Shown here in pieces: positions 1-14,055 of a stretch of 64,000 nt of DNA. The DNA is from an uncultured Sedimenticola sp. (GTDB lineage: Bacteria > Pseudomonadota > Gammaproteobacteria > Chromatiales > Chromatiaceae). The stretch spans positions 44,002 to 108,001 of the forward strand of contig CAYOJM010000020.1 in NCBI GenBank assembly GCA_964404295.1, in the 5' to 3' direction. Position 1 is the stretch's first letter. Each line of letters opens with the position of its first letter. The position numbers were made by a program, and so were the translations under genes. The notes under the pieces were generated by a model. The model worked only from the letters and a program-made list of their open reading frames with translations, was not told the DNA's origin and did not search any database.

Positions 1-231
1 GCGCTTTTCCAAGGCGCGCATCATTCCCAGTTTCACCTTCATTTCATCGAAGGGAACCACGCGGCCGTCCGCCTTGACCACTTTGGGCAGGTTCATTTCC
101 ACCCGTTCATAGGTGGTGAACCGTTCGCCGCATTCCAGACATTGGCGGCGCCGGCGCACTTGGGTCCCTTCCGCCGCCGAACGGGAATCCACCACCTTGG
201 TGTCGGACGCGGAACAAAAAGGACACCGCAT
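1..231 (-). CDS. nrdR: Transcriptional repressor NrdR (5' part; runs off window start)
   Basis: Manual translation from ATG at 231: [17 protein letters not shown]...[18 protein letters not shown], the NrdR zinc ribbon; directly downstream of glyA as is usual. Confidence 0.95.
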   Translation of the reverse strand, partial: MRCPFCSASDTKVVDSRSAAEGTQVRRRRQCLECGERFTTYERVEMNLPKVVKADGRVVPFDEMKVKLGMMRALEKR

Positions 232-235
232 GGCT

Positions 236-1492
236 TCAGTCGGCGTAGACCGGAAAACGGCGACACAAGGCCAGGGTCTTCTCCCGCACCTCAGCGATGA
301 CCGCCTCGTCGCCGCGGCTGTCGATGATGTCGCACATCCAACCGGCCAGCTCCCTGCACTCGGCTTCACCGAAGCCACGGGTGGTCACCGCCGGGGTGCC
401 GACGCGGATGCCGGAAGTGACGAAGGGGGACTGGGGGTCGTTGGGCACGGCGTTCTTGTTCACCGTGATGTTGGCCGCCCCCAACCAAGCATCCACATCC
501 TTGCCGGTGAGACCCGCCTCGATGAAGCTGACCAGAAAGAGGTGATCTTCCGTGCCGCCGGAAACCACGTCGTAGCCCCGCTCCATGAAGACCTCGGCCA
601 TGACCTTGGCATTCTTCTTCACCTGCTGTTGGTAGGTCTTGAAGGCCGGCTCCATGGCCTCCTTGAAGGCCACCGCCTTGGCGGCGATGACGTGCATCAA
701 AGGACCGCCCTGGATTCCAGGAAAGACCACCGAGTTGAGTCGCTTTTCGATCTCCTCGTTGGCCTTCGCCAGAATCAAGCCGCCCCGGGGACCGCGCAGG
801 GTTTTGTGGGTGGTGGTGGTCACCACGTCGGCCACGGGCACCGGGTTGGGATATTCACCGGCCGCCACCAGGCCCGCCACATGGGCCATGTCCACGAACA
901 GCCAGGCGCCCACGGCATCGGCGATCTCCCTGAACTTTTGCCAGTCGATGACCTGGGAGTAGGCCGAAAAGCCGGCCACCACCATCTTCGGGCGGTGCGC
1001 CTCGGCCAGGGCCATCACCGCGTCGTAGTCGATCCGGCCGGTCTGGGGGTCGATGCCGTACTGAACGGCGTTGTAGATCTTGCCGGAGAAGTTGGGCTTG
1101 GCGCCATGGGTGAGATGTCCGCCGTGGGCCAGGGACATGCCGAGCACGGTGTCCCCGGGCTGGCACAGCGCCATGTAGACGGCGGCGTTGGCCTGGGAAC
1201 CCGAATGGGGCTGGACGTTGGCGTAGTCGGCGCCGAACAACGCCTTGGCCCGGTCGATGGCGAGCTGCTCCACCACGTCCACGTTCTCACAGCCGCCGTA
1301 ATACCGTTTGTGGGGATAGCCCTCGGCGTATTTGTTGGTGAGCACCGAGCCCTGGGCTTCCATCACCCGGGGGCTGGTGTAGTTCTCCGAGGCGATGAGC
1401 TCGATGTGCTCTTCCTGACGCCGCTCCTCGTCCGCGATGGCCTTGGCGACCTCATCGTCGTAACCGGCAATGGTCATGGATCTACTGAACAT
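236..1492 (-). CDS. glyA: Serine hydroxymethyltransferase
   Basis: [22 protein letters not shown] and [14 protein letters not shown] (PLP lysine) motifs. Confidence 0.98.
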   Translation of the reverse strand: MFSRSMTIAGYDDEVAKAIADEERRQEEHIELIASENYTSPRVMEAQGSVLTNKYAEGYPHKRYYGGCENVDVVEQLAIDRAKALFGADYANVQPHSGSQANAAVYMALCQPGDTVLGMSLAHGGHLTHGAKPNFSGKIYNAVQYGIDPQTGRIDYDAVMALAEAHRPKMVVAGFSAYSQVIDWQKFREIADAVGAWLFVDMAHVAGLVAAGEYPNPVPVADVVTTTTHKTLRGPRGGLILAKANEEIEKRLNSVVFPGIQGGPLMHVIAAKAVAFKEAMEPAFKTYQQQVKKNAKVMAEVFMERGYDVVSGGTEDHLFLVSFIEAGLTGKDVDAWLGAANITVNKNAVPNDPQSPFVTSGIRVGTPAVTTRGFGEAECRELAGWMCDIIDSRGDEAVIAEVREKTLALCRRFPVYAD

Positions 1493-1540
1493 CTTCGACG
1501 CGTCTCCGAAATTGGGACAGAACCGGAAAAGCTGCTCATT

Positions 1541-2392
1541 TTACCCTTTTCGGCCCGCCTGCACCCGAATCAGGCGGTCGATCTTCTCTTCCATCCGCTC
1601 GAGCCGCTGCTCCATCTCCCGAGTGCGGTTGTCGATGGCGTGCACTTCCGCCGCCTCACCCTCGCCCGTTTCCATGGAGAACTTTTCGTGCTCACGCTGC
1701 AGAGTCTCCAGCACGATCCCGATCATCATGTTCAGAAACACGAAAGCGACGATGAAGATGAAGCTCACATAGAACAACCAGCTCGAGGGATAGACCGCCA
1801 TGGTCTCGTACATGACATCGGTCCAGTCTTCGAAAGTGGCCACGCGGAAAAGGGTGAGCATGGCGATGGTGATGTTGTCCCACAATTCAGGATTGATGTG
1901 GGCGAAGAAGAAGCTTCCTGCGGCGGCATAGATGTAGAAGATGATGAACATGAGCAGGCTCACATAGCCCATGCGCGGCAGCGCCCGCAAGAAAGCGGCG
2001 ATGAGCACCCGCAGCTCAGGAATGATGGAGACCAGCCGCAGCACTCTGAAGACACGGAACAGCCGCCCGAGGAGCGCCGTCTCGCTCTCCTGCAGCGGCA
2101 TGAGGCTGGCCGCCACGATGACGAAATCGAACAGGTTCCATCCTTTGCGGAAGAAGCGGCGGATGCTGCCTTCGGCCAGGAAACGGATGATGATCTCGAC
2201 GAGAAAAAAGAGGGTGATGCCCAGATCGAGCACCTCGATCAGATTCTGGGCCAACGGCGGCAGGTCATAGGTCTTGGCTCCGATCACCAGGGCCGAGAAG
2301 ATGATGACGCCGATGACGAAGGTCTCGAACAGCTTGTTCTCACGCAGGGCGATGAAACGGGCTTGAAGCCGGGTCGCGTCCAAAGAATCCAT
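1541..2392 (-). CDS. Bacterial voltage-gated sodium channel family (BacNav) ion transporter
   Basis: S4 arginine repeat RLFRVFRVLRL, pore filter TFEDW, FLNMMIGIV S6 and C-terminal coiled coil; start placed at MDSLD because the longer ORF reads through tRNA-His. Confidence 0.88.
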   Translation of the reverse strand: MDSLDATRLQARFIALRENKLFETFVIGVIIFSALVIGAKTYDLPPLAQNLIEVLDLGITLFFLVEIIIRFLAEGSIRRFFRKGWNLFDFVIVAASLMPLQESETALLGRLFRVFRVLRLVSIIPELRVLIAAFLRALPRMGYVSLLMFIIFYIYAAAGSFFFAHINPELWDNITIAMLTLFRVATFEDWTDVMYETMAVYPSSWLFYVSFIFIVAFVFLNMMIGIVLETLQREHEKFSMETGEGEAAEVHAIDNRTREMEQRLERMEEKIDRLIRVQAGRKG

Positions 2393-2472
2393 GTCGGTCT
2401 CTCCGGAAAGGACGTCTCGAGGGCAAACGGACAAAAAAGAAGGGCTCACGACGACGCAAGCCCTTGTTCGAC

Positions 2473-2549
2473 TGGGGTGGATGACGGGACTCGAACCCGC
2501 GACAACCGGAATCACAATCCGGGACTCTACCAACTGAGCTACATCCACC
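2473..2549 (-). tRNA. tRNA-His (GTG)
   Basis: GGTGGATGTAGCTCAG...TTGTGAT anticodon loop...GGTTCGAGTCCCGTCATCCACCCCA, with G-1 and CCA end. Confidence 0.97.
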
Positions 2550-2556
2550 ATAAAGA

Positions 2557-2633
2557 TGGCACGCCCGGCAGGATTCGAACCTGCTACCCTCGGCTTAGAA
2601 GGCCGATGCTCTATCCAGATGAGCTACGGGCGC
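2557..2633 (-). tRNA. tRNA-Arg (TCT)
   Basis: GCGCCCGTAGCTCA...CTTCTAA anticodon loop...GGTTCGAATCC...CCA. Confidence 0.97.
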
Positions 2634-2684
2634 AGTAAAACGATTCGCCGGCCCGATCTTCGGGCCGGCCTTCCTGCCGAGATT

Positions 2685-2761
2685 TGGTCGGGGTAGAGAG
2701 ATTCGAACTCCCGACATCCTGCTCCCAAAGCAGGCGCGCTACCAGACTGCGCTATACCCCG
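2685..2761 (-). tRNA. tRNA-Pro (TGG)
   Basis: CGGGGTATAGCGCAG...TTTGGGA anticodon loop...GTTCGAATC...CCA. Confidence 0.97.
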
Positions 2762-2787
2762 ATGGGCGCCTTCGGCGAAGGCGCTGA

Positions 2788-2817
2788 ATTGTAATTCGCC
2801 GAACGAATCGGCGTCAA
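2788..2817 (-). promoter_or_regulatory. Sigma-70 promoter of the tRNA Pro-Arg-His operon
   Basis: TTGACG-18 nt-TACAAT on the minus strand, followed by a GC-rich discriminator, just upstream of tRNA-Pro. Confidence 0.75.
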
Positions 2818-3276
2818 TCAGGCGCCGGCGGCCCGTGCTTCCTGCTGTTTTCGGTAGAGCTCGACCACCTTGCGCATCTTCTCTGGCCCGAGGATGCGGG
2901 CCATGTTGTCGCGGCAAGCCAGCTTCTGGCGAATGATGGCGCCCCGCACCTGGAACAGCCGGGCCATCAGCTCACGAATGGTGCGATCGGACGCGCCGGA
3001 CAAGGCGGCTCGTTCGATCTCCTTCTCCAATCGCACCACCTGCTTGACCTTCTCCATCATCCGAGGACGCATCTTCTCGCGCCAATCGGCCAGGGCTTTT
3101 TTCTGCCGCTCGTCCAGCCCCAAGGCGTCCTGGTGTTTCTCCACCACCAGCATCAGGTTGGGCATGGGGTTGGCATGGCGCACCATGGCCATCTGCTCCG
3201 CGTTCATCTGCGCAACGGCGTGCGAGGCCCCACCCACCAGGGCGGCGGCCAGAAAAAGTGCGGAAACTCTTTTCAT
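2818..3276 (-). CDS. Periplasmic Spy/CpxP-like helical protein
   Basis: Signal peptide MKRVSALFLAAALVGGASHAVA; LGLDERQ and ILGPEK resemble the two LTxxQ motifs; Met-rich N-terminus. Confidence 0.65.
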   Translation of the reverse strand: MKRVSALFLAAALVGGASHAVAQMNAEQMAMVRHANPMPNLMLVVEKHQDALGLDERQKKALADWREKMRPRMMEKVKQVVRLEKEIERAALSGASDRTIRELMARLFQVRGAIIRQKLACRDNMARILGPEKMRKVVELYRKQQEARAAGA

Positions 3277-3356
3277 CGTCGCCTTCTCCTTGATCGGCTC
3301 GATCTCACCCAATTATTCTGCTACAAAAGAAAACAGTCCACCAGCCCATCCCGATC

Positions 3357-3809
3357 ATGAACCTGCGCACCCTTCTTTTTTCATGCCTGGTGCTCACCGC
3401 CGCCGCTGCCCAAGCCGACGTCTATCGCTGGACGGACGATTCCGGCCAGACGGTCTACTCACAGACACCGCCGCTCGATGGCCGACCCGCCGCCCGGCTT
3501 TCCGACCCGCCACCGCCCGCGGAAGATCCGGAAACAGCCCGAAAACGGCTGGAATCCCAACTCGAAACGCTGGAAAAGGCCGCCGATGCCCGAAAGAAAG
3601 CAGCGGCCGAAAAATCGAAGGCGAAAAAAGAGAAAACGGCTCGGGAGGAGCGCTGCCGCAAGGCGCGCCACAACCTTCGGATCCTCGAGAGTCGTCCGCC
3701 CAACACGTTGTACAAGGTGGGCGAGAACGAATACCGCCGGTTCACCGTGGAGGAGCTCGAGGCCCAACGGGCCAAGCTGCGCCGCATCATCGAACAGGAC
3801 TGTGACTGA
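3357..3809 (+). CDS. DUF4124 domain exported protein
   Basis: Signal peptide followed by VYRWTDDSGQTVYSQTPP, then Pro-rich and coiled-coil regions. Confidence 0.85.
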   Translation: MNLRTLLFSCLVLTAAAAQADVYRWTDDSGQTVYSQTPPLDGRPAARLSDPPPPAEDPETARKRLESQLETLEKAADARKKAAAEKSKAKKEKTAREERCRKARHNLRILESRPPNTLYKVGENEYRRFTVEELEAQRAKLRRIIEQDCD

Positions 3810-3827
3810 GACGAGAGAGGGTGATCC

Positions 3828-4175
3828 ATGCCGTTGCTACACCTTGCCACCAACGTGACCCTGGAGACGGATGCGGAACAGAGGCTCGCCACCGGACTTT
3901 CCGAGGCCGCCGCACGGCTCCTGGGCAAGCCGGAGCGCTATGTGATGGTGGTGGTCGAAAGCGGGCTGACCATGCGTTTCGGGGGCTCCGACGCCCCTTG
4001 CGCCCATCTGCAACTGAAAAGCCTGGGGCTCCCCGGCGACGAGACCGGCCGGTTGTCGGCCGCATTGTGCGACCATCTGGCCGAGGCGTTGAAGCTCGCC
4101 GCGGACCGCATCTATATCGAATTCTCCAGTCCGGAACGGCACATGTGGGGCTGGAACCGCACCACTTTCGGATGA
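3828..4175 (+). CDS. MIF / phenylpyruvate tautomerase family protein
   Basis: N-terminal Pro-1 (MPLL..TNV), [21 protein letters not shown] and WGWNRTTF. Confidence 0.9.
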   Translation: MPLLHLATNVTLETDAEQRLATGLSEAAARLLGKPERYVMVVVESGLTMRFGGSDAPCAHLQLKSLGLPGDETGRLSAALCDHLAEALKLAADRIYIEFSSPERHMWGWNRTTFG

Positions 4176-4597
4176 TCTTCGGCGACGACCGCACCCGTCT
4201 GCGCCGAGTCTATCTCGAAGCCTGGCGCAAACGCCGCCAGGGGGTCCCCATGGAACCGCTGGAGGTCCGGGTGGCCGAAGTGGTGGCCCGCCATCCCGAG
4301 TACCACGCCCTGCTGGAGTCGGAGGCGCACCTCGAGCACGACTTCGGCCCCGATTCGGGGCGGACCAATCCATTCCTCCACATGGCCATGCATCTCGCCC
4401 TGGTGGAACAAGTGGCCACGAACCGACCCGCCGGCATCCGCGATCTCCACCACCGGCTGGCCATCGCCCTGGGCTCGGAACACGAGGCCGAACACCGCAT
4501 GATGGAGTGCCTCGGCCTGGCGCTGTGGGAAGCCCAGCGGGAAGGCCGCCCGCCCGACGAGCAGGCCTACATGGAGTGTCTGAAGCGGTGCCTGTGA
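4172..4597 (+). CDS. DUF1841 family protein
   Basis: [21 protein letters not shown] and HRMMECLG motifs; ATG overlaps the MIF stop. Confidence 0.88.
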   Translation: MIFGDDRTRLRRVYLEAWRKRRQGVPMEPLEVRVAEVVARHPEYHALLESEAHLEHDFGPDSGRTNPFLHMAMHLALVEQVATNRPAGIRDLHHRLAIALGSEHEAEHRMMECLGLALWEAQREGRPPDEQAYMECLKRCL

Positions 4598-6675
4598 ACA
4601 GGGAAACGCCCCCGGACTTGTTCGGTTACCGGAAGCACTGGGCACACAAGTTCACCCCCGCCCCCTTCCTGCCCATGAGCCGGGAAGAGATGGACGAGCT
4701 GGGTTGGGATCGGTGCGACATCGTTCTGGTGACCGGAGACGCCTATGTGGACCACCCCAGCTTCGGCATGGCGCTCATCGGCCGGTTGCTGGAAGCCCAT
4801 GGGTTCCGGGTGGGCATCATCGCCCAGCCGGACTGGCGCAGCGCCGAGGCATTCCGTCGGTTGGGCCGCCCCACCCTCTTTTTCGGAGTCACCGCCGGCA
4901 ACATGGATTCCATGGTGAACCGTTACACCGCCGACCGAAAGATTCGGTCGGACGACGCCTACACGCCCGGGGGCGTGGCGGGACGACGTCCCGATCGGGC
5001 GGTCATCGTCTACAGCCAACGATGCCGCGAAGCCTTCAAAGGGGTCCCGGTGGTCATCGGCGGCATCGAAGCCTCGCTGCGGCGCATCGCCCATTACGAC
5101 TATTGGCAGGACAAGGTGCGCCGCTCGATCCTGGTGGACGCCAAGGCGGACCTGCTCATCTACGGCAACGCCGAGCGGGCCATCGTGGAGGTGGCCCACC
5201 GATTGGCCGCCGGAGCGTCCATCGGCGAGATCACGGACCTGCGCGGGACCGCCTTTCTGCGCAGCGGCATCCCGGAGGGTTGGACCGTCATCGACGCCGA
5301 CGACGTGGCTCCAGCCGGCCCTGCCGCGCCACCGCCCGATCCCTACCGGGCGTCGTCCGCGTGCACCCCCGAAAGCGCGCCCGTGGTCACCCTCCACACC
5401 CGACCCAGGCGGTTGGACCGACGCCGCACCGTCCTCCGCCTGCCCGACTACGAACAGGTGAAACGGGATCCGGTGCTCTACGCGCAGGCTTCGCGAACCC
5501 TCCATTTGGAATCCAATCCCGGCAACGCCCGCGCCCTGGTCCAGCGCCACGGCGATCGAGAACTCTGGCTCAACCCTCCGCCCCTCCCCCTCACCACTCG
5601 GGAGCTGGACCGGATCTACGAGCTGCCCTATCAGCGGGTGCCTCACCCCACCTACGGCGGGGCCCGGATTCCCGCCTATGAGATGATCCGCTTTTCCGTC
5701 ACCATCATGCGCGGTTGCTTCGGCGGCTGCACCTTCTGTTCCATCACCGAACACGAAGGGCGCATCATCCAGAACCGGTCCGAAGCGAGCATCCTGCGCG
5801 AAATCGAGACCATCCGCGACACCGTCCCCGGTTTCACCGGCATCATCTCCGATCTGGGCGGCCCCACCGCCAACATGTGGCGTCTGCACTGCACCGACCC
5901 CGAAGTCGAAGCCGCCTGTCGGCGCCTCTCCTGCGTCTATCCGGGCATCTGCAAGAACATGAAGACCGATCAGACCCCCCTGGTGCGGCTCTATCGAAAG
6001 GCACGGGCGCTGCCCGGCATCAAGCGGGTCTTCATCGCTTCCGGCCTGCGCTACGACCTGGCGGTGAAGACGCCGGAGTATGTGAAAGAGCTGGTCACCC
6101 ACCATGTGGGGGGTTACCTCAAGGTGGCGCCGGAACACACCGAACCCGGCCCGCTGGCACACATGATGAAACCGGGCATCGGCACCTGGAACCGCTTCAA
6201 GGCCCTCTTCGACAAATACTCGCGCCAGGCCGGCAAGGAGCAGTATCTCATCCCCTACTTCATCGCCGCCCATCCGGGCACCACCGACGAGGACATGCTC
6301 AATCTCGCCTTGTGGCTCAAGCGCAACGGTTTTCGGCCCGACCAGGTCCAAGCCTTCCTGCCCACTCCGCTCTCCCTCGCCACCGCCATGTGGCACAGCG
6401 GTCGCAACCCGCTCAAACGGATCCGGCGGGAGGGGCCGCAGGTCTTCTCCGCCAAAGGATTGCGCCGCCGCCGGCTGCACAAGGCGTTCCTCCGCTATCA
6501 CGATCCAGAGAACTGGCCCCTGCTGCGCGATGCCCTCCGGCGCATGGGCCGAAGCGACCTCATCGGCAACGGCAAACGCCACCTGGTGCCGGCCTGGCAA
6601 CCCAAGGGCACCGGCGTCCGCCGTGACGGACCTCCGACGAGACGCAAGTCCAGGCGACCGCAGGGCCGTCGCTGA
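4594..6675 (+). CDS. ygiQ: YgiQ family (UPF0313) radical SAM protein
   Basis: [19 protein letters not shown] (CxxxCxxC) and PYFIAAHPG motifs; GTG overlaps the upstream stop. Confidence 0.92.
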   Translation: MNRETPPDLFGYRKHWAHKFTPAPFLPMSREEMDELGWDRCDIVLVTGDAYVDHPSFGMALIGRLLEAHGFRVGIIAQPDWRSAEAFRRLGRPTLFFGVTAGNMDSMVNRYTADRKIRSDDAYTPGGVAGRRPDRAVIVYSQRCREAFKGVPVVIGGIEASLRRIAHYDYWQDKVRRSILVDAKADLLIYGNAERAIVEVAHRLAAGASIGEITDLRGTAFLRSGIPEGWTVIDADDVAPAGPAAPPPDPYRASSACTPESAPVVTLHTRPRRLDRRRTVLRLPDYEQVKRDPVLYAQASRTLHLESNPGNARALVQRHGDRELWLNPPPLPLTTRELDRIYELPYQRVPHPTYGGARIPAYEMIRFSVTIMRGCFGGCTFCSITEHEGRIIQNRSEASILREIETIRDTVPGFTGIISDLGGPTANMWRLHCTDPEVEAACRRLSCVYPGICKNMKTDQTPLVRLYRKARALPGIKRVFIASGLRYDLAVKTPEYVKELVTHHVGGYLKVAPEHTEPGPLAHMMKPGIGTWNRFKALFDKYSRQAGKEQYLIPYFIAAHPGTTDEDMLNLALWLKRNGFRPDQVQAFLPTPLSLATAMWHSGRNPLKRIRREGPQVFSAKGLRRRRLHKAFLRYHDPENWPLLRDALRRMGRSDLIGNGKRHLVPAWQPKGTGVRRDGPPTRRKSRRPQGRR

Positions 6676-6706
6676 CGACCCGGCGCGGTCGCTCTACAAT
6701 GGCGTC

Positions 6707-7399
6707 ATGGCCTTCGAAGAAAAACGGCGAGAAGAAAAAGAAAAGACGGGCTGGCTTCAGGAGTACAGCCTGGCCGAAGAGATCGCCCACGCCATCAGCC
6801 ACGGGATCGCCATTCCCCTCAGCATTGCCGCCTTGGTATTGCTGGTCACTTTTTCGGCGCTCTATGGCACCGTCTGGCATGTGGTGAGCACGGCCGTCTA
6901 TGGCACCACCTTGATCCTCCTGTTCACCGCCTCCACTCTCTATCATGGCATCCCCCATGACCGAGCCAAGCCGCTACTGCAAAAGCTCGATCATGCCGCC
7001 ATCTTTCTTCTCATCGCCGGAACCTATACGCCTTTCACTCTGGTGACCCTGGGCGGCTCGGCTTGGGGATGGACCCTGTTCGGCATCGTCTGGGGGGCGG
7101 CGGTCGCAGGCATCTGGATCGAGCTCAGTGACAACCGAAGACTACAACGTGGATCGCTGCTGCTCTACCTGGTCATGGGCTGGGTGGTGATCCTCGCCCT
7201 GGATCCTCTTCTGGACAATCTGGCCACGGGCGGATTGTGGCTCCTTCTGGCCGGTGGCCTATCCTATACCCTAGGCGCAGCCATCTACGCCTGGGAACGC
7301 TTACACTGGAACCACACCATCTGGCACCTGTTCGTGCTGGCGGGAAGCATTCTCCACTTCCTGGCCATCTTCTTCTATGTGGTTCCTGGAAAGGAATAG
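6707..7399 (+). CDS. Hemolysin III / PAQR family membrane protein
   Basis: EEIAHAISHG, STLYH, LDHAAIFLLIAGTYTP and HTIWHLFVL motifs; about 7 TM segments. Confidence 0.92.
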   Translation: MAFEEKRREEKEKTGWLQEYSLAEEIAHAISHGIAIPLSIAALVLLVTFSALYGTVWHVVSTAVYGTTLILLFTASTLYHGIPHDRAKPLLQKLDHAAIFLLIAGTYTPFTLVTLGGSAWGWTLFGIVWGAAVAGIWIELSDNRRLQRGSLLLYLVMGWVVILALDPLLDNLATGGLWLLLAGGLSYTLGAAIYAWERLHWNHTIWHLFVLAGSILHFLAIFFYVVPGKE

Positions 7400-7451
7400 C
7401 ATGTATTTTCCCTCGTCTCACAACCTGATGTGCCGGCTTGAAAAAAGCTTC

Positions 7452-8219
7452 ATGCGCTCCGTTCGTGGTCCAGTCTTCATCAGTTGCTGTCTGCTCTTCC
7501 TCTTTCTTTCTCCACACGCATCCGCCAGATTGCCCCAGACTCTGGAGGCGGTAAAGAAGGGCGTGGTGGCCGTAGGTCTCCTGGTTCCTGTCAAGGGCTC
7601 ACCGAAGTCGCCGCCACAAGCGCGATACCTCGGCACGGGATTCGCGGTGAAAGGAGGCGAGCTGGTGGTGACCAACCACCATGTGGTATCCAAAAAAACA
7701 AAAGCAGGTGAACGGCTGGCCGTCTTCTCTGGACGAGGGAGGCAGGCGCGAGTCCATCAGGTGGAAGTGATCCGTTCCGATCCCGAACACGATCTGGCCT
7801 TGCTGCGCATCGTTCCGCCCCTGGCCCATGCCCTGCGCCTGCGGGCCCCGGAGTGGGTGGCAGAAGGCAGCGATGTGGCTTTCACCGGGTTTCCCCTGGG
7901 AATGGCGCTCGGGCTCTACCCCGTGACCCACAAGGGGATCGTGGCGGCCATCACGCCGGCGGCCATACCGGCGAATTCTTCTCGGGAACTGAACGCCGCC
8001 CGCATCAAGCGGCTACGGAATCCTTTCATGGTCTATCAACTCGACGCCGTGGCCTATCCCGGAAACAGCGGCAGCCCGGTCTATCTGCCCTCCAATGGAG
8101 AAGTGATCGGCGTGGTGAACAGCGTGTTCGTCAAAGGGTCCAAGGAATCGGTGCTCTCCACCCCGTCGGGCATCACCTACGCCATTCCCGTGCGCCACGT
8201 GCACGAACTGCTGAAATGA
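7452..8219 (+). CDS. Exported trypsin-like (S1) serine protease without PDZ domain
   Basis: Signal peptide; catalytic triad motifs TNHHVV, HDLALL and GNSGSP; start codon uncertain. Confidence 0.85.
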   Translation: MRSVRGPVFISCCLLFLFLSPHASARLPQTLEAVKKGVVAVGLLVPVKGSPKSPPQARYLGTGFAVKGGELVVTNHHVVSKKTKAGERLAVFSGRGRQARVHQVEVIRSDPEHDLALLRIVPPLAHALRLRAPEWVAEGSDVAFTGFPLGMALGLYPVTHKGIVAAITPAAIPANSSRELNAARIKRLRNPFMVYQLDAVAYPGNSGSPVYLPSNGEVIGVVNSVFVKGSKESVLSTPSGITYAIPVRHVHELLK

Positions 8220-8722
8220 TCCTCGCCTGGTGGAAACGACCCAAGCTCCGAGTGCTTCTGGTGTGCCGTGCCAATGTGTGCCGCTCCCCCATGGGAGAGG
8301 CGCTGTTACGCCGGCGACTCGGTAGCATGGGATTGCACCGGCAGGTGGCCGTCGCCTCGGCAGGGACCACCGCCGTTCGCGGCCAACCGCCCGATCCGCG
8401 GGCAAAGGCGGCATTGGCGGCGGCGGGATGCCCCCCGCCCAGAGGCGCATCCCGCCCCTTGACCCCGCGGGATTTCCAACGGCACAACTTCATCCTGGCT
8501 GTGGATCGGCCCGTTCTCGATCATCTCCACCACCATTGTCCAGATCCGCTGCAGGACCGGTTGAATCTGGTCACCGCATGGGCGGAAGGGCTGGCCGGAA
8601 TCGAAATCCCGGACCCCTACTATGGCAGCGCCGTCGCTTTCGATCGGGTGCGGGACCTCCTGGACCACGCCTTGGGCCATTTCGTCGAACGGGCCTTGTT
8701 GCCCCGTCTGGCCCAAGGCTGA
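8216..8722 (+). CDS. Low molecular weight protein-tyrosine phosphatase
   Basis: P-loop VCRANVCRSP and IPDPYYG; ATG overlaps the protease stop. Confidence 0.88.
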   Translation: MILAWWKRPKLRVLLVCRANVCRSPMGEALLRRRLGSMGLHRQVAVASAGTTAVRGQPPDPRAKAALAAAGCPPPRGASRPLTPRDFQRHNFILAVDRPVLDHLHHHCPDPLQDRLNLVTAWAEGLAGIEIPDPYYGSAVAFDRVRDLLDHALGHFVERALLPRLAQG

Positions 8723-8728
8723 TCCGGT

Positions 8729-9705
8729 TCAGCTCTGCAGGGTGCGGATGTAGTTGACCCTGTCCCAGGCTTCGGGATCCATGGTGTGCTCCTGGCAGGT
8801 GGCGCCGATGAGCTGGCGCACCGACTCGTACTCTTTCTCTTCCATCCAGCGCGTCATCTCCTCCAACACGCGCTCGAGCGCCTGAGGGCCTTCCTCCAGC
8901 AATGCCGAGGCCATCTGCACCGCCGAAGCGCCGGCCAGCAACATTTTCAACGCTTCGGTGGCGCCATGGATGCCCCCGGTGGCGGCCAGGGAGAGATCGA
9001 CCTTGCAGTAGAGCTTGGCGATCCAGTGCATACGCAACAGGGCTTCATAGGGGTGGGAGAGATGGAGCCGGGGCTTGACCTCCAGGGTCTCCAGATCCAG
9101 ATCCGGCTGGTAGAAACGGTTGAAGAGCACCACGCCGTCGGCGCCGGCCGCCTCCAGCTCCCGGACCAGATGGCCCAAGGAGGTGAAATAGGGCGAGAGT
9201 TTGACCGCCACCGGAATCCGGACCTGCGCCTTCAACCGGCGCAGGATGTTCAGATAACGGCGCTCAACGAGATCACAAGACTCCTCCACCCCGGGGATGA
9301 AATAGATGTTGAGCTCCAGCGCATCGGCGCCGGCCGCCTCCAGCTCCCGCCCATGCTCCACCCAACCGCTCTCGGTGGCGCCGTTGAGGCTGGCGATGAC
9401 CGGGATCTCCAATGCGTCCTTGAGACGCTGGAGTTGCTCCAGATACTCCTCCAGGCCGGTCTTGTAGTCCGGATGCAGCGGAAGATAGCTGGAGGCTTCG
9501 CCGTGCCCCAGGTCCTGAAAGTCCATCAAACCGGTGAGCCGCTCCTCTTCGGCGAGGATCTCCTCCTCGAACAAGGAGTACATGACCAGCGCGGCGGCGC
9601 CGGCATCCTCCAGACGGCGGGCGGTATCCAGCTCCCGGCTGAGCGGCGAAGCGGATGGAATGAGCGGATTCTTCAGCGCCAGGCCCAGATAGTCGGTCTC
9701 GAGGT

Positions 9706-9709
<4 letters not shown>
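8729..9709 (-). CDS. Dihydroorotate dehydrogenase-like flavoprotein (nifJ-associated)
   Basis: YLGLALKNP, PVIASLNG, PVAVKLSP, FNRFYQPD and ATGGI FMN-binding motifs; lacks the NxSCPN catalytic motif. Confidence 0.85.
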
Positions 9710-13287
<3,578 letters not shown>

Positions 13288-13393
13288 GCCCCTCCTCGCG
13301 TGTTCAATCCGGTCGATGCCGGATCAAGATAGCACCGATCGAGGATCCGTGATTTGTCGAAAATCAGGGAGACGACGATCCAGGCACCGGATG

Positions 13394-13927
13394 TCAGCGG
13401 CGCTGCTGGCGCAGATAGTTGGAGCGGCCGCGTGGCCGGTGGCGCGGCCTGGTGTCGGGAAAGACGAGAGGCGCCAGCTCCTCTAATGCCCGCTGATAGA
13501 CACGCCGCTTGAAATAGATGACGTCCCGCACCGGTTGCCAGTAGCTCACCCAGCGCCAATCGTCGAACTCGGGCTTCTCGCAACGGTCCAGGCAGAAATC
13601 GCTCTCGGAGCACTTCACGCGCAAAAGAAACCAGCGCTGTTTCTGGCCGATGCAAATGGGCTGGGCGTTGCGCCGGATGAACTTCTTCGGCAAACGGTAG
13701 CGAAGCCAATGGCGGGTGCTGCCGAGCAGTTCCACTTGATGGGGTTTGAGACCGACCTCCTCCTCCAGTTCCCGATACATGGCCTGCTCGGGCGTCTCGC
13801 CCTCCTGGATCCCCCCTTGGGGGAACTGCCAGGCATTCTGGCCGATACGACGTCCCCAGAAGAGTCGGTTTTCGTCGTTGACCAAAATGATGCCCACGTT
13901 GGGGCGGAATCCATCCCTGTCGATCAC
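13394..13927 (-). CDS. rppH: RNA pyrophosphohydrolase
   Basis: [12 protein letters not shown], Nudix box WQFPQGG...REL.EEVGL and GQKQRWF. Confidence 0.96.
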   Translation of the reverse strand: MIDRDGFRPNVGIILVNDENRLFWGRRIGQNAWQFPQGGIQEGETPEQAMYRELEEEVGLKPHQVELLGSTRHWLRYRLPKKFIRRNAQPICIGQKQRWFLLRVKCSESDFCLDRCEKPEFDDWRWVSYWQPVRDVIYFKRRVYQRALEELAPLVFPDTRPRHRPRGRSNYLRQQRR

Positions 13928-14055
13928 GGGATCTTCTCGTTATATATTTAATTGCACTCATTTTTTCATAGAGCACCACGCCACCGCAAGCAACCCGTTC
14001 AGCCGGTCTTTCTGCTATAGTGGGAATGTTTTTTTCCACGTGATGGAGCAAGGTC

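Noticed and set aside
2393-2551. N-terminal extension of the ion channel ORF
   Set aside because: It is a translation of the tRNA-His gene
113-2638. 841-aa plus-strand ORF
   Set aside because: Antisense shadow of glyA, the channel gene and tRNAs; typical of high-GC codon bias and has no recognisable motifs
2473-2761. tRNA cluster as an integration site for a genomic island
   Set aside because: No integrase, no duplicated tRNA 3' end and housekeeping genes on both sides
13290-13390. FNR box upstream of nifJ
   Set aside because: Only a half-site (ATCAA) with wrong spacing; no TTGAT-N4-ATCAA match
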